The notes under the pieces: generated by a model
Databases searched by the model: none
The model's input: the letters and a program-made list of their open reading frames with translations, nothing else
Told to the model about the DNA's origin: nothing
Source: Candidatus Heimdallarchaeota archaeon
Lineage (GTDB): Archaea > Asgardarchaeota > Heimdallarchaeia > Heimdallarchaeales > Heimdallarchaeaceae
DNA: 32,000 bases
NCBI GenBank assembly: GCA_030668875.1
Contig: DAOVER010000021.1
Location: 26,082 to 58,081 of the forward strand
Direction: 5' to 3'
Program-made: the position numbers and the translations under genes
Shown here: positions 1 to 9,245 of the stretch, one piece after another
Numbering within the stretch: position 1 is the first letter of the stretch
Layout: each line of letters begins with the position of its first letter

Positions 1-89
1 TTATCTGATTTTTGAATGTCTGATTGACACAAGGGACATTTTTCGATAAAAGAATCGACTTCAATATTACAGTTTATACAATATGACAT
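1..89 (-). CDS. 5' part of a zinc-ribbon protein, running off the window edge (MSYCINCNIEVDSFIEKCPLCQSDIQKSD...)
   Basis: Hand translation from ATG at 89 is open to the edge. It has CxxC...CPxC spacing, like the N-terminal zinc ribbons on many membrane proteins. Not in the ORF track. Confidence 0.7.
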   Translation of the reverse strand, partial: MSYCINCNIEVDSFIEKCPLCQSDIQKSD

Positions 90-325
90 TTGTCTCACAT
101 GGCTAAGCAATCTTCTTATTCTCTTGTTTATTTAGTTTTCCTAGAAACGAACAAAGCCAAGGAAATTTCTGTTCAACTCCTTTTTAAGTTTATTTTATTT
201 GCAAAGCAACTTATTTCAATTAAGTACTCTTAAAATACAATCTCCTTATCTCTTTTTTCCATATTTTATGACCATAGATGTTTTAACGAAACATTCATAA
301 CTTTTCAAGCTATTCGTGCTATTGA

Positions 326-1135
326 ATGTCACATTTTACTGATAAATCCAAATTCATGGATAAGGAACACATAAGGTTGTCCTCCATTCTTATACTTCTC
401 ATAGTGGATGCTTTAGTTTATTTTGTACCTTATCGTAATGATGTCCTAATAGGGGATTTATTTGGCATTTCCCTCTGGTTCTACTTTGGTATTCTTAATT
501 GGATTTTACTTCTTCTTGTGTACATTCTTTTCAGAGGAGAAGTGGAGCTTGACTTCTCCACAAACGAGGTAATATTTAGAGATTTCAAGAAACTTAAGAA
601 ATGGTCATTCGATAAAGTTTTGGGAATTTATCTTCTTGCATACGATGGGGAGTATATCCTCCGAATTAGACCCAAAAGATTGTTAACTCTTGACCTCAGA
701 GTAAACTTTGACAATGCATACAATCTAGTGAATAAGTTCAATGAACTAGGCTTTGAGTTCAAAACTGTACGTGACGATAAACACAAACCTCTTTCTTACA
801 CCTTCCCAATACTTCTCTCGAAATATGATCGAAAACCAAGCGGATATAATCCTGAAATTCCTAATTGGAATAGGGGGGTCACTTTAAGAACAAAACTGCT
901 TTCTATTACATTATCTCCCTTACTCTATATAATAAGTGCAACCTTAATTTTTAGAATTCCTCATTTATTAGATGGACTATCAGGAACAAAGGGAATTGTT
1001 TCGTTCATTTATGGCTTTACAGCTTTTCTGTTATTTGATGGAGGGTTGTATCTTCTATTTGGAATCTCACTTCTAGCTCTTTTACTTAAGCAGATAACCC
1101 GTTTCAAATCTCATTCCCATTCAAGTGATAATTGA
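326..1135 (+). CDS. Hypothetical membrane protein (2 N-terminal and 2 C-terminal hydrophobic helices around a soluble domain)
   Basis: 269-aa ORF with hydrophobic stretches at about aa 17-68 and 190-255. No recognisable family motif. Confidence 0.7.
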   Translation: MSHFTDKSKFMDKEHIRLSSILILLIVDALVYFVPYRNDVLIGDLFGISLWFYFGILNWILLLLVYILFRGEVELDFSTNEVIFRDFKKLKKWSFDKVLGIYLLAYDGEYILRIRPKRLLTLDLRVNFDNAYNLVNKFNELGFEFKTVRDDKHKPLSYTFPILLSKYDRKPSGYNPEIPNWNRGVTLRTKLLSITLSPLLYIISATLIFRIPHLLDGLSGTKGIVSFIYGFTAFLLFDGGLYLLFGISLLALLLKQITRFKSHSHSSDN

Positions 1136-1739
1136 AGAATGTATTCAGAATAAGAAGATTAATTTGTATAAATTACTAGAGTTTCTTATGGAAGATTGTC
1201 CAGGTTTCGTTATTTCCAGTGCAAGAACCCACGAGAAGAATGCTTCAAGTGAGATGTATTATGTTCTTTCAGAGCTACTTGATCAAGAAGAAGTTAATGC
1301 GTCTCCAGTTTCTGGTATCTCTGGCTTGTCAATAGTTACTTTTCAAGGAGACCCTGTTCAAGTTTTAAAAAAACTGCAGGAAATGATTGAAGATAATCCG
1401 CTCTTTCAGTATACTTTGAAAATTGTTCCTTTTCAATACAAAGTAGGTACTTCAATTGAAAATCTAAAAGAAGCTGCCATAGAACTTAGTACAGAAATAG
1501 ACGAAGCTAGCACTTGGAAAATAAATGTACGAAGACGGCACACGCAAATTCCTAGAAATGAAATAATAGGTGCAATTGCAAATGTAATCAATAAAGGAAA
1601 AGTAATGCTTGAATCTCCAGACCATTACGTAATAGTAGAAATAATTGGAAAATGGACCTATTTAGCGGTATCTTCTATACCAGAACTGTCAGTATCTGTT
1701 TCACAATTTCATGAAGAAGAAGATGATTTTACATTTTGA
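1125..1739 (+). CDS. THUMP-domain RNA-binding protein (Tan1-like)
   Basis: C-terminal 'WKINVRRRH...EIIGAIA...KVMLESPDHYVIVEIIG' matches the archaeal THUMP pattern. Confidence 0.8.
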   Translation: MIIEECIQNKKINLYKLLEFLMEDCPGFVISSARTHEKNASSEMYYVLSELLDQEEVNASPVSGISGLSIVTFQGDPVQVLKKLQEMIEDNPLFQYTLKIVPFQYKVGTSIENLKEAAIELSTEIDEASTWKINVRRRHTQIPRNEIIGAIANVINKGKVMLESPDHYVIVEIIGKWTYLAVSSIPELSVSVSQFHEEEDDFTF

Positions 1740-1740
1740 A

Positions 1741-1790
1741 TTAATAAAAATTTAAAAAAAATAAAAAAATAAAGGAAGAAAGATTTTGAA
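1741..1790 (-). terminator. U-rich archaeal terminator downstream of the histone gene (convergent with THUMP)
   Basis: A-tracts on the + strand give oligo-T runs on the - strand about 30-80 nt after the stop at 1822. Confidence 0.5.
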
Positions 1791-1821
1791 CTTTCTAATT
1801 TCTTAGAGGTCTCTGGTTTTC

Positions 1822-1992
1822 TTAAAGGTCTCTTGCGGAAACAGTCTTACGACCATTGGCTTTAGCTCTGCCAGCTGCTTTCTTAAGTAGTCCAGCTAGA
1901 ACATCATCTAAAGCTTTGAGTAGGTCTCCACCAACCTTGTAATCACCGAGTTCTTTTATATAGTCTCTAACTTTTGATTGTACGATCATCAT
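1822..1992 (-). CDS. Small histone-fold protein, 56 aa, truncated alpha3 type (MMIVQSKVRDYIKELGDYKVGGDLLKALDDVLAGLLKKAAGRAKANGRKTVSARDL)
   Basis: Hand translation; it is below the ORF-track size cutoff. It has the histone L2 motif GRKTV with the R-x6-D clamp (R48/D55), a long amphipathic alpha2, an upstream BRE/TATA and a downstream U-tract. Confidence 0.9.
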   Translation of the reverse strand: MMIVQSKVRDYIKELGDYKVGGDLLKALDDVLAGLLKKAAGRAKANGRKTVSARDL

Positions 1993-2060
1993 TTCGATAG
2001 CACTTCTGTCGGTTTTTTACTTGCTCTAAAGCAAGCACGATATAAAATAGCTAGAGCCCA

Positions 2061-2075
2061 TTAAAAACCTTTTCG
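2061..2075 (-). promoter_or_regulatory. BRE/TATA promoter of the histone gene (CGAAAAGGTTTTTAA)
   Basis: Purine-rich BRE followed by TTTTTAA, about 70 nt upstream of the ATG. The same motif recurs upstream of rps2 and tldD. Confidence 0.6.
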
Positions 2076-2270
2076 GTTAAGTCGAAAAATAATGGTATTA
2101 CACCTCCTCTAATAAGCAAACTCGTTAAAAAAGAAATTATTGTGGCGTGAAACTCAATATTTCCAGCGTTTCAAGCCAATTTGGCTTTAAACAGCGTTCT
2201 TTTAAAGAATCTGCCGGAATCACAAAGGTTAATAAACAAATTCAAAAAAATGCGAAATTTAGCAAAAAAA

Positions 2271-3557
2271 CTAGCTTTTTTCAAAATTTTCCTGAAGGAG
2301 TTTACCTAGCTTTCTCACTCCTATGTCTATCATATCTTTTTGCATAAATGAGTAACCTATGCGCATACCACCATTAATGATTTTTAGAGGTTCGATATCT
2401 CTAGTTTCAGGATCGTATGAATGACCATGTGGAGGGAAAAAAGCTTTGCTTGGAACTACAAGAACTTCGTTTGGCAATAAAACATCTTGATTAAATTTGT
2501 TTACATCAAAAGTATATGCTTGTTCCCCCCTAGGTTGCCACCAAATAAAGAAACCACCTGTTGGATTAGTATACTCTCCTTCTGGAAAAGTTTCTAACAG
2601 TGCATTGAAAGCTGCATCTTTTCGCTCTTTATATTTCTTAACGATAATTGGAAGTTGTTCATCGATGTATTTATCATAATAAATTTCTGCTACTCTTTGA
2701 GTCAAAGTTGGTGTGCATAAATCTAAGTAACCTTTGGATTTTTCAGCTTGACCAAATAACATATCGGGCATTATTGAATAACCTATTCGCAAAGGAGCCG
2801 CTTCTTTCGATGAAGAAGAAGTATATATTACACGAGTATTGTCTTTATCCAAAGTTTTCATGGTCGGTATTTTTTGTCCAAATTGTATTTCTTTGTATGC
2901 TGCATCGCAAATTACAATAACATCATGTTCCTCTGCAATATTGAACAATTGTTGTCTTCTTTTGAAAGACAATGTTGTACCCTTAGGATTGTCACTATCT
3001 TCTACCACATAAAGAATTTTTACCTTTTTTCCAAATTCTTTTTCTGCTTTTATGATCGTATCTTCAACATATTCAGGGATTAATCCCTCATTATCTGTTG
3101 GCGCAGTTACTGCGTGTCCTCCAACTTTTACTAATGTTGTAATCAAACCCAAATATGCAGGAGACGGTGTAACTACAATATCTCCGGGATTAATCAAAAT
3201 GTCTAGTGCAAGGTAAAGAGCCTGTTGGGAACCTGTTGTAATCAAAACCTTTTCCCACTCTTCAACTCCACTTATTATTCCCGCTCCATCTCTTCGGTGA
3301 ATTCTCTCAGCTAATACTTTGCGAAGTCCAGTAATTCCAGCTGTTGGTCCATATTGAAATTCATTAATAACATTTTTTTCATCTTCATCATAATAATCTG
3401 CTAATTCTCTTAGAATCTGAGGGAAGATTTTTGTTGGAAGATTACCAGGCAATCCAGCAGCCAAATAGTATTTTGCTTTACTTTTAAGAAGCCTTCTAAT
3501 CTCGCTCTCAGGAATTTCTTTTGTCCAGTTTGCTAGAATATTTTTCATTGCGTCCAT
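2271..3557 (-). CDS. PLP-dependent class I/II aminotransferase (LysN/MocR-like subfamily)
   Basis: Motifs YGPTAG, ITTGSQQAL, NPKG, DAAY, and SSSK (PLP lysine) followed by LRIGY. Confidence 0.9.
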   Translation of the reverse strand: MDAMKNILANWTKEIPESEIRRLLKSKAKYYLAAGLPGNLPTKIFPQILRELADYYDEDEKNVINEFQYGPTAGITGLRKVLAERIHRRDGAGIISGVEEWEKVLITTGSQQALYLALDILINPGDIVVTPSPAYLGLITTLVKVGGHAVTAPTDNEGLIPEYVEDTIIKAEKEFGKKVKILYVVEDSDNPKGTTLSFKRRQQLFNIAEEHDVIVICDAAYKEIQFGQKIPTMKTLDKDNTRVIYTSSSSKEAAPLRIGYSIMPDMLFGQAEKSKGYLDLCTPTLTQRVAEIYYDKYIDEQLPIIVKKYKERKDAAFNALLETFPEGEYTNPTGGFFIWWQPRGEQAYTFDVNKFNQDVLLPNEVLVVPSKAFFPPHGHSYDPETRDIEPLKIINGGMRIGYSFMQKDMIDIGVRKLGKLLQENFEKS

Positions 3558-3669
3558 CTTTTACACCAATTAAATATGCATACTTGAACTGTGCTTATCT
3601 CGATAGAAACCTCTAAAAGATTTTCCCTTCCCCTATGCAGTAGAATATAAAGGAAAAATAGTGGGTGGT

Positions 3670-4128
3670 TTATTCGTATAACCACTCTGCATCTATTTTT
3701 TTGTATGAAGACATTTCCTCTTCAGTAAAGTAGATCATGAACTCGGTTATAGCATTTTTGGGTGAATCACCTGCATGGATGATATTACGACCAATTTCTA
3801 ACGCATGATCGCCTCTAATTGACCCCGGTTCTGCTTCAGCGGGATTAGTAGCGCCAACAAGTTTTCTAGTTATTTTCACAGCATCTTTTCCCTCAACTAC
3901 CATTGCCACAACGGGACCACAAGTGATGTATTCAAGTAATCCATCGTAAAATGTTTTTTCCTTATGGATTGCATAGTGTTTTTCAGCTTGTTCCATAGAA
4001 ACCTTGAACATTTTCATTGCTATGATTTTTAGTCCGACTTTTTCTATTCGTGCAATTACTTCTCCTATTAACCCTCTCTGCACACCATCAGGTTTGACCA
4101 TAATAAATTCGCGTTCCAATTTTTTCAC
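3670..4128 (-). CDS. ndk: Nucleoside diphosphate kinase
   Basis: VKPDGVQRGLIGEVI, GATNP, PGSIRGD and NIIH (catalytic His). Confidence 0.97.
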   Translation of the reverse strand: MKKLEREFIMVKPDGVQRGLIGEVIARIEKVGLKIIAMKMFKVSMEQAEKHYAIHKEKTFYDGLLEYITCGPVVAMVVEGKDAVKITRKLVGATNPAEAEPGSIRGDHALEIGRNIIHAGDSPKNAITEFMIYFTEEEMSSYKKIDAEWLYE

Positions 4129-4258
4129 CTTACTATATAATCAAATTTTTGATTTGAGAATAAAAATTAATTGATTGGAACATTTCACATATAGATGCTT
4201 GAATTTGAATATCTAGAATGAAATTAGAAATTAAAAAGAATAGTGTTGGAAAGAGAAA

Positions 4259-4447
4259 TTACATGATTTTTCTTTCGTATCTCTCTGTCCATTTTAGCTT
4301 CTTTGGATCACGTTTTAGAACTAATTGAGATTTTTTACATTTGTTTGAACAGAAGGTCAGAACTGTTCCTGTTCTTTGAACGTAAAGCATTCCACATCCA
4401 TGTTCGACATCTTTTCCACAATATGAACACTTTCTTGTTTTTGGCAT
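4259..4447 (-). CDS. rpl24e: 50S ribosomal protein L24e
   Basis: CSYCG...G.LYV...G....FCS.KC...P.KLKWT, in the conserved L7Ae-S28e-L24e-ndk gene order. Confidence 0.96.
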   Translation of the reverse strand: MPKTRKCSYCGKDVEHGCGMLYVQRTGTVLTFCSNKCKKSQLVLKRDPKKLKWTERYERKIM

Positions 4448-4454
4448 CGTTTCA

Positions 4455-4676
4455 TTACCTCTTACGTATTTTCTTCGCTTCTCTTTCTGTCTCTCGTAGC
4501 ATAACTACGTCACCTTTACGAACAGGTCCCTTAAGGTTACGAGTTAGAATTCTGTTCTTATCTCGACCATCTAAAACCTTGACTCTAGCTTGGATAACTT
4601 CGCCAACACTGCCTGTTCTATCAAGAACTTGAATCACTTCAGCAGGAATGGCATCATAGTCACTTTTAGAACTCAT
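4455..4676 (-). CDS. rps28e: 30S ribosomal protein S28e
   Basis: [16 protein letters not shown]...[26 protein letters not shown]. Confidence 0.97.
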   Translation of the reverse strand: MSSKSDYDAIPAEVIQVLDRTGSVGEVIQARVKVLDGRDKNRILTRNLKGPVRKGDVVMLRETEREAKKIRKR

Positions 4677-4690
4677 CTATTTCACCTAAC

Positions 4691-5050
4691 TTACTTCTTG
4701 AGTTCAGCTAATTTGTTGTTTAAACCTTTAATAGATTGCTTAGCTTCACCAGCATCAACTATTGCAATTGAAGCTGATCCAACCTTGAGTCCTGTGGCTT
4801 TTCCTAGTTCATCCTTAGTGGGAACAAATGTATAACTTATTTTGTGCTCTTCACACAAAAGTGGTAGGTGCATAACAATTTCTGGAGGACTAACATCTTC
4901 TGCGATATAAACTAGAAAAGCTGTTTTTCTCTCAATTGCTTTTGTTACCTCGTTAGTACCTTTGCGGATTTTTCCAGTCTTTGAGGAAGTTTCTAAAATT
5001 TTCAAAGACTCTTTAACAATTTCATCGGGAATTTCGAATTTTTTAAACAT
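4691..5050 (-). CDS. rpl7ae: 50S ribosomal protein L7Ae (start revised to ATG 5050)
   Basis: GKIRKGTNEVTKAIER, IAEDVSPPEIVMHLP and ELGKA.G. A GAGGTGA Shine-Dalgarno precedes ATG 5050. Confidence 0.96.
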   Translation of the reverse strand: MFKKFEIPDEIVKESLKILETSSKTGKIRKGTNEVTKAIERKTAFLVYIAEDVSPPEIVMHLPLLCEEHKISYTFVPTKDELGKATGLKVGSASIAIVDAGEAKQSIKGLNNKLAELKK

Positions 5051-5142
5051 ATCATTCACCTCGGGCACAATAAATGTGCCTTCATTAGGTATAAAAAAGA
5101 AATTTGATAGAATTTAAAAGAATTATCTTTGTGTAGACTTTT

Positions 5143-5946
5143 TCATTTGATTCTTGTACAAATTACATCCTTCTCTTTGAGGACATCAGATACTCGTTTG
5201 TTCTCTTGACCATTTACGATTATTATCTCATTTACTGATTTAAGAATAGAGAGAATACTACCAACTTTTCCTTTCATTGAACCCGTAACATCTATTACGT
5301 CTTCTGAGATATCAGAGGTAAAAGATAATGATTTTAAATCTTCACTAGATGCGTTCATTAGGCATTCTTTTTGATTCGATTCTGTGTTTATAACCATTAA
5401 ACCATCCACATCAGTGATGAAAATAACTCGGTTAACTTGAAAATTACTCGCAAGAATATCAATTACAAGATCACCACTGATTATGTTAAAATTCTCATCT
5501 TCAGCAAAAATTATGTCTCCTGATAGTACTGGAATTAAACCTAATTGTATAGCTTTCTGAATTGGATTAAGGAAATATTCATACTGCTTACTTTCTCTCT
5601 TTGAATAGATTAGGGAGCTTGTTTGAAAATTCATTACCTTCAGATTTGCCTTTGTTAGTTCTTCAACAACAATTGAACTTAATTCATGCATGTCTTTACG
5701 AATTTGTATTAAACCTTGGATTTGTGAAGACTCTTTAAATCCTGAAGTTATTTTGTATTCTTTAGCTTTAATGTGTCCATAGGATCCCGCACCATGAACA
5801 ATGATACATGGATTTCCCCATTCTCCTATCTGTTGACATATTTCACTTAATTCAAGCAGTCTTATTTTCTTATACTCAGTTTTATCTGTAATAATTGCTC
5901 CACCTAATTTGATAATGTCAATACAATTATTATTCAACTTGAACAC
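5143..5946 (-). CDS. ipk: Isopentenyl phosphate kinase
   Basis: KLGGAIITDK, VHGAGSYGH, SGD and DVTGSMKGK; directly downstream of mvk. The true start may be a few codons inside the ORF. Confidence 0.9.
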   Translation of the reverse strand: MFKLNNNCIDIIKLGGAIITDKTEYKKIRLLELSEICQQIGEWGNPCIIVHGAGSYGHIKAKEYKITSGFKESSQIQGLIQIRKDMHELSSIVVEELTKANLKVMNFQTSSLIYSKRESKQYEYFLNPIQKAIQLGLIPVLSGDIIFAEDENFNIISGDLVIDILASNFQVNRVIFITDVDGLMVINTESNQKECLMNASSEDLKSLSFTSDISEDVIDVTGSMKGKVGSILSILKSVNEIIIVNGQENKRVSDVLKEKDVICTRIK

Positions 5947-6949
5947 CTCTTTCAGCTAAACTGGATATGAACGCTTGGAAGCCTCTGTTTTTCATTTCTT
6001 CCACTGCTCTATTTGCTTTTTGGTAATTATCAAACAAACCAATGACGCATCCTCCTCCTCCAGCTCCAGTTAATTTACTCCCTACTGAACCAAGTTGTAC
6101 AAGTGAATTGGTGAGCTCTGTGAGAATTGGATGGCTTACTCCTAACTCCTCAAGTAGAAGATGATTTTGTGTCATTAATTTTCCAAGCTTTTGAGTATCA
6201 CCTTCACCTAAACTAGATTTGGCTATTATCGTTATGTTTCCTATTTCTTCTAGAATATTTTGGTATTTTGATGTATCTTCTTCCAGTGATTTTACAACTT
6301 TCTCAACATAAGTTTTTGTGTTTCTTGGGATGCCGCTATTTACTATTACAACATAAGAAGAAAAATTGGGAATGCTTAATTTGGAGAATTTCTTCTCCTT
6401 GTATAAATGAATCCCCCCATAAGTTGAGATTGTATTATCAACACCAGAAGGTCTTCCATGAATGATTTTTTCTGCCTCAAAAGCTAATTCATTTAATTCT
6501 TCCATAGATAACTCAAGTTCCATAAAAGCCGATAAGCTTGCTAAGGTAGCCACTGCACTGGCAGCACTAGATCCTAACCCCATACCAGGTGGGATTTCTG
6601 AGTTAATGTGAATGTGTGGGTATTTTTTCCTTGTTGCTAGTTCAAGGATTTTTTCTGTAATAAAATAGTAAGCTGGATTAACTGGTTGTTCATACTTTGA
6701 ATCCTGTGTAATGAACTCATTTTGCTCTTTATTCATTATATATTCCTTCTTCAATTCTGCTGAAGGCTTGTTGAATAAATAATCCGAAGAAATTGAAAGT
6801 TGTACTTCATTCTGTAATGATTTAGAAACTACACATTTTGTTCTCAAATCGATTGCCGTGACAATAGCTGGATATCCGTATACAACTGCATGTTCACCAA
6901 AAAGGATAATCTTTCCAGGTGCAGAGAAAGTAGTTTTTCTGGCATCCAT
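5930..6949 (-). CDS. mvk: Mevalonate kinase
   Basis: GHMP motifs PGKIILFGEHAVVYG, PPGMGLGSSAA and KLTGAGGGGC. Confidence 0.95.
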   Translation of the reverse strand: MDARKTTFSAPGKIILFGEHAVVYGYPAIVTAIDLRTKCVVSKSLQNEVQLSISSDYLFNKPSAELKKEYIMNKEQNEFITQDSKYEQPVNPAYYFITEKILELATRKKYPHIHINSEIPPGMGLGSSAASAVATLASLSAFMELELSMEELNELAFEAEKIIHGRPSGVDNTISTYGGIHLYKEKKFSKLSIPNFSSYVVIVNSGIPRNTKTYVEKVVKSLEEDTSKYQNILEEIGNITIIAKSSLGEGDTQKLGKLMTQNHLLLEELGVSHPILTELTNSLVQLGSVGSKLTGAGGGGCVIGLFDNYQKANRAVEEMKNRGFQAFISSLAERGVQVE

Positions 6950-7003
6950 AAACTTACATACTTCTTACTAAATAAAATGTTTTGGAAAAGAAGAAGGAAA
7001 TAT

Positions 7004-7639
7004 TTATTCCCTTAATAGTTTGAATGAAAAATCTTCAACAGTTGCTGGAAGCTCTTCAGTCTCTGCTAGTTCTCCTCTTGCTCGGAGGATTTCTCTAGTT
7101 AGTAAGAAATAAACCTGAGCTAAAGATTTTCTTCCTTTGTTATTTACTGGGATGATTAAATCAACATTGTTAGTTATATTATCTGTATCACATAGAGCTA
7201 CAACTGGAATTCCCATCGCTGAAGCTTCAGTTAGTGCCTGTCTATCTGCTCGAGGATCAGTAAGCATGACTACATCGGGTTCAATATAGCCTTCATAGGA
7301 GGGATTAGTTAATGTTCCGGGTATAAATCTTCCTGGAATAACCTTGAAACCTGCCATTCTAGCCATTTTTGTGCTAGGTACAGAAGCATACTGCCTTGTG
7401 GCAAAAACAGCTACCTTCGCTGGTTCAAAGCGACTTATAAATTTGGCTGCGATACGAATACGCTCATCTGTTGAGTTAACATCTAGTACATAAATTCCAT
7501 CATTTCTTACTCTGTATTTGAATGGTTCCATAAACTTAGTGCAAACACTTGTTCCAATATGAATACCTGAAACAAGATATATGTCACGTGGAATTAATAG
7601 TACTTCCTCTTCGGTTTTTTCTTGTATGTCTTCTGACAT
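7004..7639 (-). CDS. rps2: 30S ribosomal protein S2 (archaeal uS2)
   Basis: GIHIGT, RFIPGTLTNP, DPRADRQAL.EA, DTDN and PVNNKGRKSL. Confidence 0.97.
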   Translation of the reverse strand: MSEDIQEKTEEEVLLIPRDIYLVSGIHIGTSVCTKFMEPFKYRVRNDGIYVLDVNSTDERIRIAAKFISRFEPAKVAVFATRQYASVPSTKMARMAGFKVIPGRFIPGTLTNPSYEGYIEPDVVMLTDPRADRQALTEASAMGIPVVALCDTDNITNNVDLIIPVNNKGRKSLAQVYFLLTREILRARGELAETEELPATVEDFSFKLLRE

Positions 7640-7707
7640 TTTTAATCCTCTTTAATTAAAGCTTTCAATCTCACAATATATGAGCAATAAGGCTTCGAAA
7701 ATTTTGA

Positions 7708-7720
7708 TTAAAAACTTTCT
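7708..7720 (-). promoter_or_regulatory. Probable BRE/TATA promoter for rps2-mvk-ipk (AGAAAGTTTTTAA)
   Basis: Same motif as the histone and tldD promoters, about 70 nt upstream of the rps2 ATG. Confidence 0.5.
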
Positions 7721-7751
7721 GTTTCTTAAGTTTGGTAAAATAGATGTAAAA

Positions 7752-7943
7752 TTAGGTGAATGGTAAGAATTCATCAATCAAGTCTATGTGAGAAATGAGC
7801 ATTCTTCGACAGCACCAGCGTTTTACTCCAAGATCATCCAATACTTTATCTGGACTATCTCCATCCTCTGTTCTCTTATGAAAATCATCCCATTTATCTG
7901 CGATTAAACCACCACAAGTAAAACATCTTACAGGAACAATCAT
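7752..7943 (-). CDS. rpoN: RNA polymerase subunit N (Rpo10); start revised to ATG 7943
   Basis: [11 protein letters not shown]...[18 protein letters not shown]. Confidence 0.96.
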   Translation of the reverse strand: MIVPVRCFTCGGLIADKWDDFHKRTEDGDSPDKVLDDLGVKRWCCRRMLISHIDLIDEFLPFT

Positions 7944-7998
7944 TTCAGTCAATTTTTCTTTTATGCTTAAACATTTAACTATTTTGATTGCTGTGACT

Positions 7999-9171
7999 TC
8001 AAAATCCCCAGTCTCTAGCAACCTTGAAACCTCTATATAGCCAATAAAGACCTATAGGATTTGTTAACAACGAAGGCCTAAACAGAATTTTTCCGAGTAT
8101 TTTGAGAATTTCAGCCCCCTCGATTTGGTTAATATATCTGTTATCAAATACTTCTCCGAGTTTTGTAAGAAATTTATTTGACCTAGTATAGAAGAACCTG
8201 TGACATTGAAAATTTATTCTTTTCATGAATTTGAACTGTCTCAATTTTTCTTCGTATATTTTGAGATTAAAGTTGTATTGATTAGTTTCCATTTTCAGAA
8301 TTTCAGCAACGGTATTTCCTGCGATACGTCCACTTGTCATCGCCATGCGAATACCTCCGTAGAAAATTGGATTTACCATTCCTGCTACATCACCTGCCAA
8401 TAAAACCCGATTATGGTACAGTTTTTTCAACGGACCATGCATGGGTATCTGCCCACCAACTTTTTTCAGAATGCTACCTGTTATTCCTTTCTTTTTAAGA
8501 AAATTATCTAAGCGTAGTTTTCTATCTTTGGCCGTTGTAACTATGCCTACATTTGTTTCTCCTTCTCTTGGGAAAACCCAACAATAACCAAACGGGAATT
8601 TTTGTGAATCAAAATGAAACTCTAGTTTGTCACTCCATTCTTCTTTCACCTTATATTCAAAACCTTTAATCATGGGTGAAGGTGTTTGGAAATTTAGTGT
8701 TTTTGCAAGTTGTGCAGTAGACCCTTCTGCGAGAATTAGTAGCTTAGCAAAATATTCGGAATTATCTTCACCTTTTGTTTTTATTACAACCCCATCTGTC
8801 TTTCTTTTAATATCTGTAACTTTGGTTGCTGTAAATATTTCTGCGCCCAAATCTATAGCTTTTTTTGACAGGTACTGATCAAATTTATCCCTACGTATCA
8901 TAGTTGCTTGAATATCCCCGAGAATTGTTTTATTTTCAGGAAATATTAGGTGACATGTATCCAGTTCTTTGACGCTGAAAGATTTGTCTCCTTTTGGCAA
9001 GTTAAAATCTTTAAAAGCATGTATACTTAATCCCTCGCCACATTGAATAGGCTCACCAATTGTAGAGTGTTCCTCAAAAAGGAATGGTTTAATTCCTTTA
9101 TTAGCTAGAGTAATTGCAGCTTGCAATCCTGCAGGTCCTCCTCCAACAATTGCTACTCCTATTTCATTCAT
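7999..9171 (-). CDS. Geranylgeranyl reductase family (DGGGPL reductase-like) FAD oxidoreductase
   Basis: GGGPAG, CGEG, RRDKFD, YCWVFP (YxWxFP) and GDVAG.VNP..YGG. Confidence 0.9.
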   Translation of the reverse strand: MNEIGVAIVGGGPAGLQAAITLANKGIKPFLFEEHSTIGEPIQCGEGLSIHAFKDFNLPKGDKSFSVKELDTCHLIFPENKTILGDIQATMIRRDKFDQYLSKKAIDLGAEIFTATKVTDIKRKTDGVVIKTKGEDNSEYFAKLLILAEGSTAQLAKTLNFQTPSPMIKGFEYKVKEEWSDKLEFHFDSQKFPFGYCWVFPREGETNVGIVTTAKDRKLRLDNFLKKKGITGSILKKVGGQIPMHGPLKKLYHNRVLLAGDVAGMVNPIFYGGIRMAMTSGRIAGNTVAEILKMETNQYNFNLKIYEEKLRQFKFMKRINFQCHRFFYTRSNKFLTKLGEVFDNRYINQIEGAEILKILGKILFRPSLLTNPIGLYWLYRGFKVARDWGF

Positions 9172-9245
9172 AATTAAGTTCTTTCAAACTAATTCAAAAA
9201 TATAGCGCCTTAAATTTTTATATCTTCAACCAATTTGTTTTTCTT
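9141..9245. repeat. Direct repeat copy 1 (3' end of membrane gene + ggr promoter + ggr first codons)
   Basis: 9141-9203 matches 9988-10050 at 60/63 nt, including a 46-nt exact core (9158-9203 = 10005-10050). Weaker similarity continues to about 9245 and 10087. Confidence 0.9.

Noticed and set aside
1794-1807. UCUAA-GAAA-UUAGA hairpin in the histone 3' UTR (analogy to the eukaryotic histone stem-loop)
   Set aside because: Only 5 mostly A-U pairs, expected by chance, and no resemblance to the SLBP consensus.
4139-4154. AATCAAA-tt-TTTGATT palindrome upstream of ndk
   Set aside because: Short and AT-only; likely chance in this base composition.
7640-7751. tRNA or rpoK expected between rpoN and rps2
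   Set aside because: The 112-bp AT-rich spacer has no cloverleaf and no ORF.
7999-8001. TGA read-through (selenocysteine) at the ggr or infB stops
   Set aside because: The proteins end at family-typical lengths, the ggr frame closes again within 8 codons, and no SECIS-like hairpin was seen.
7944-8021. N-terminal extensions given by the ORF track for rpoN (also rpl7ae, zincin, ogt, PALP enzyme, esterase)
   Set aside because: Internal starts match family N-termini and/or SD/TATA spacing and remove the overlaps.
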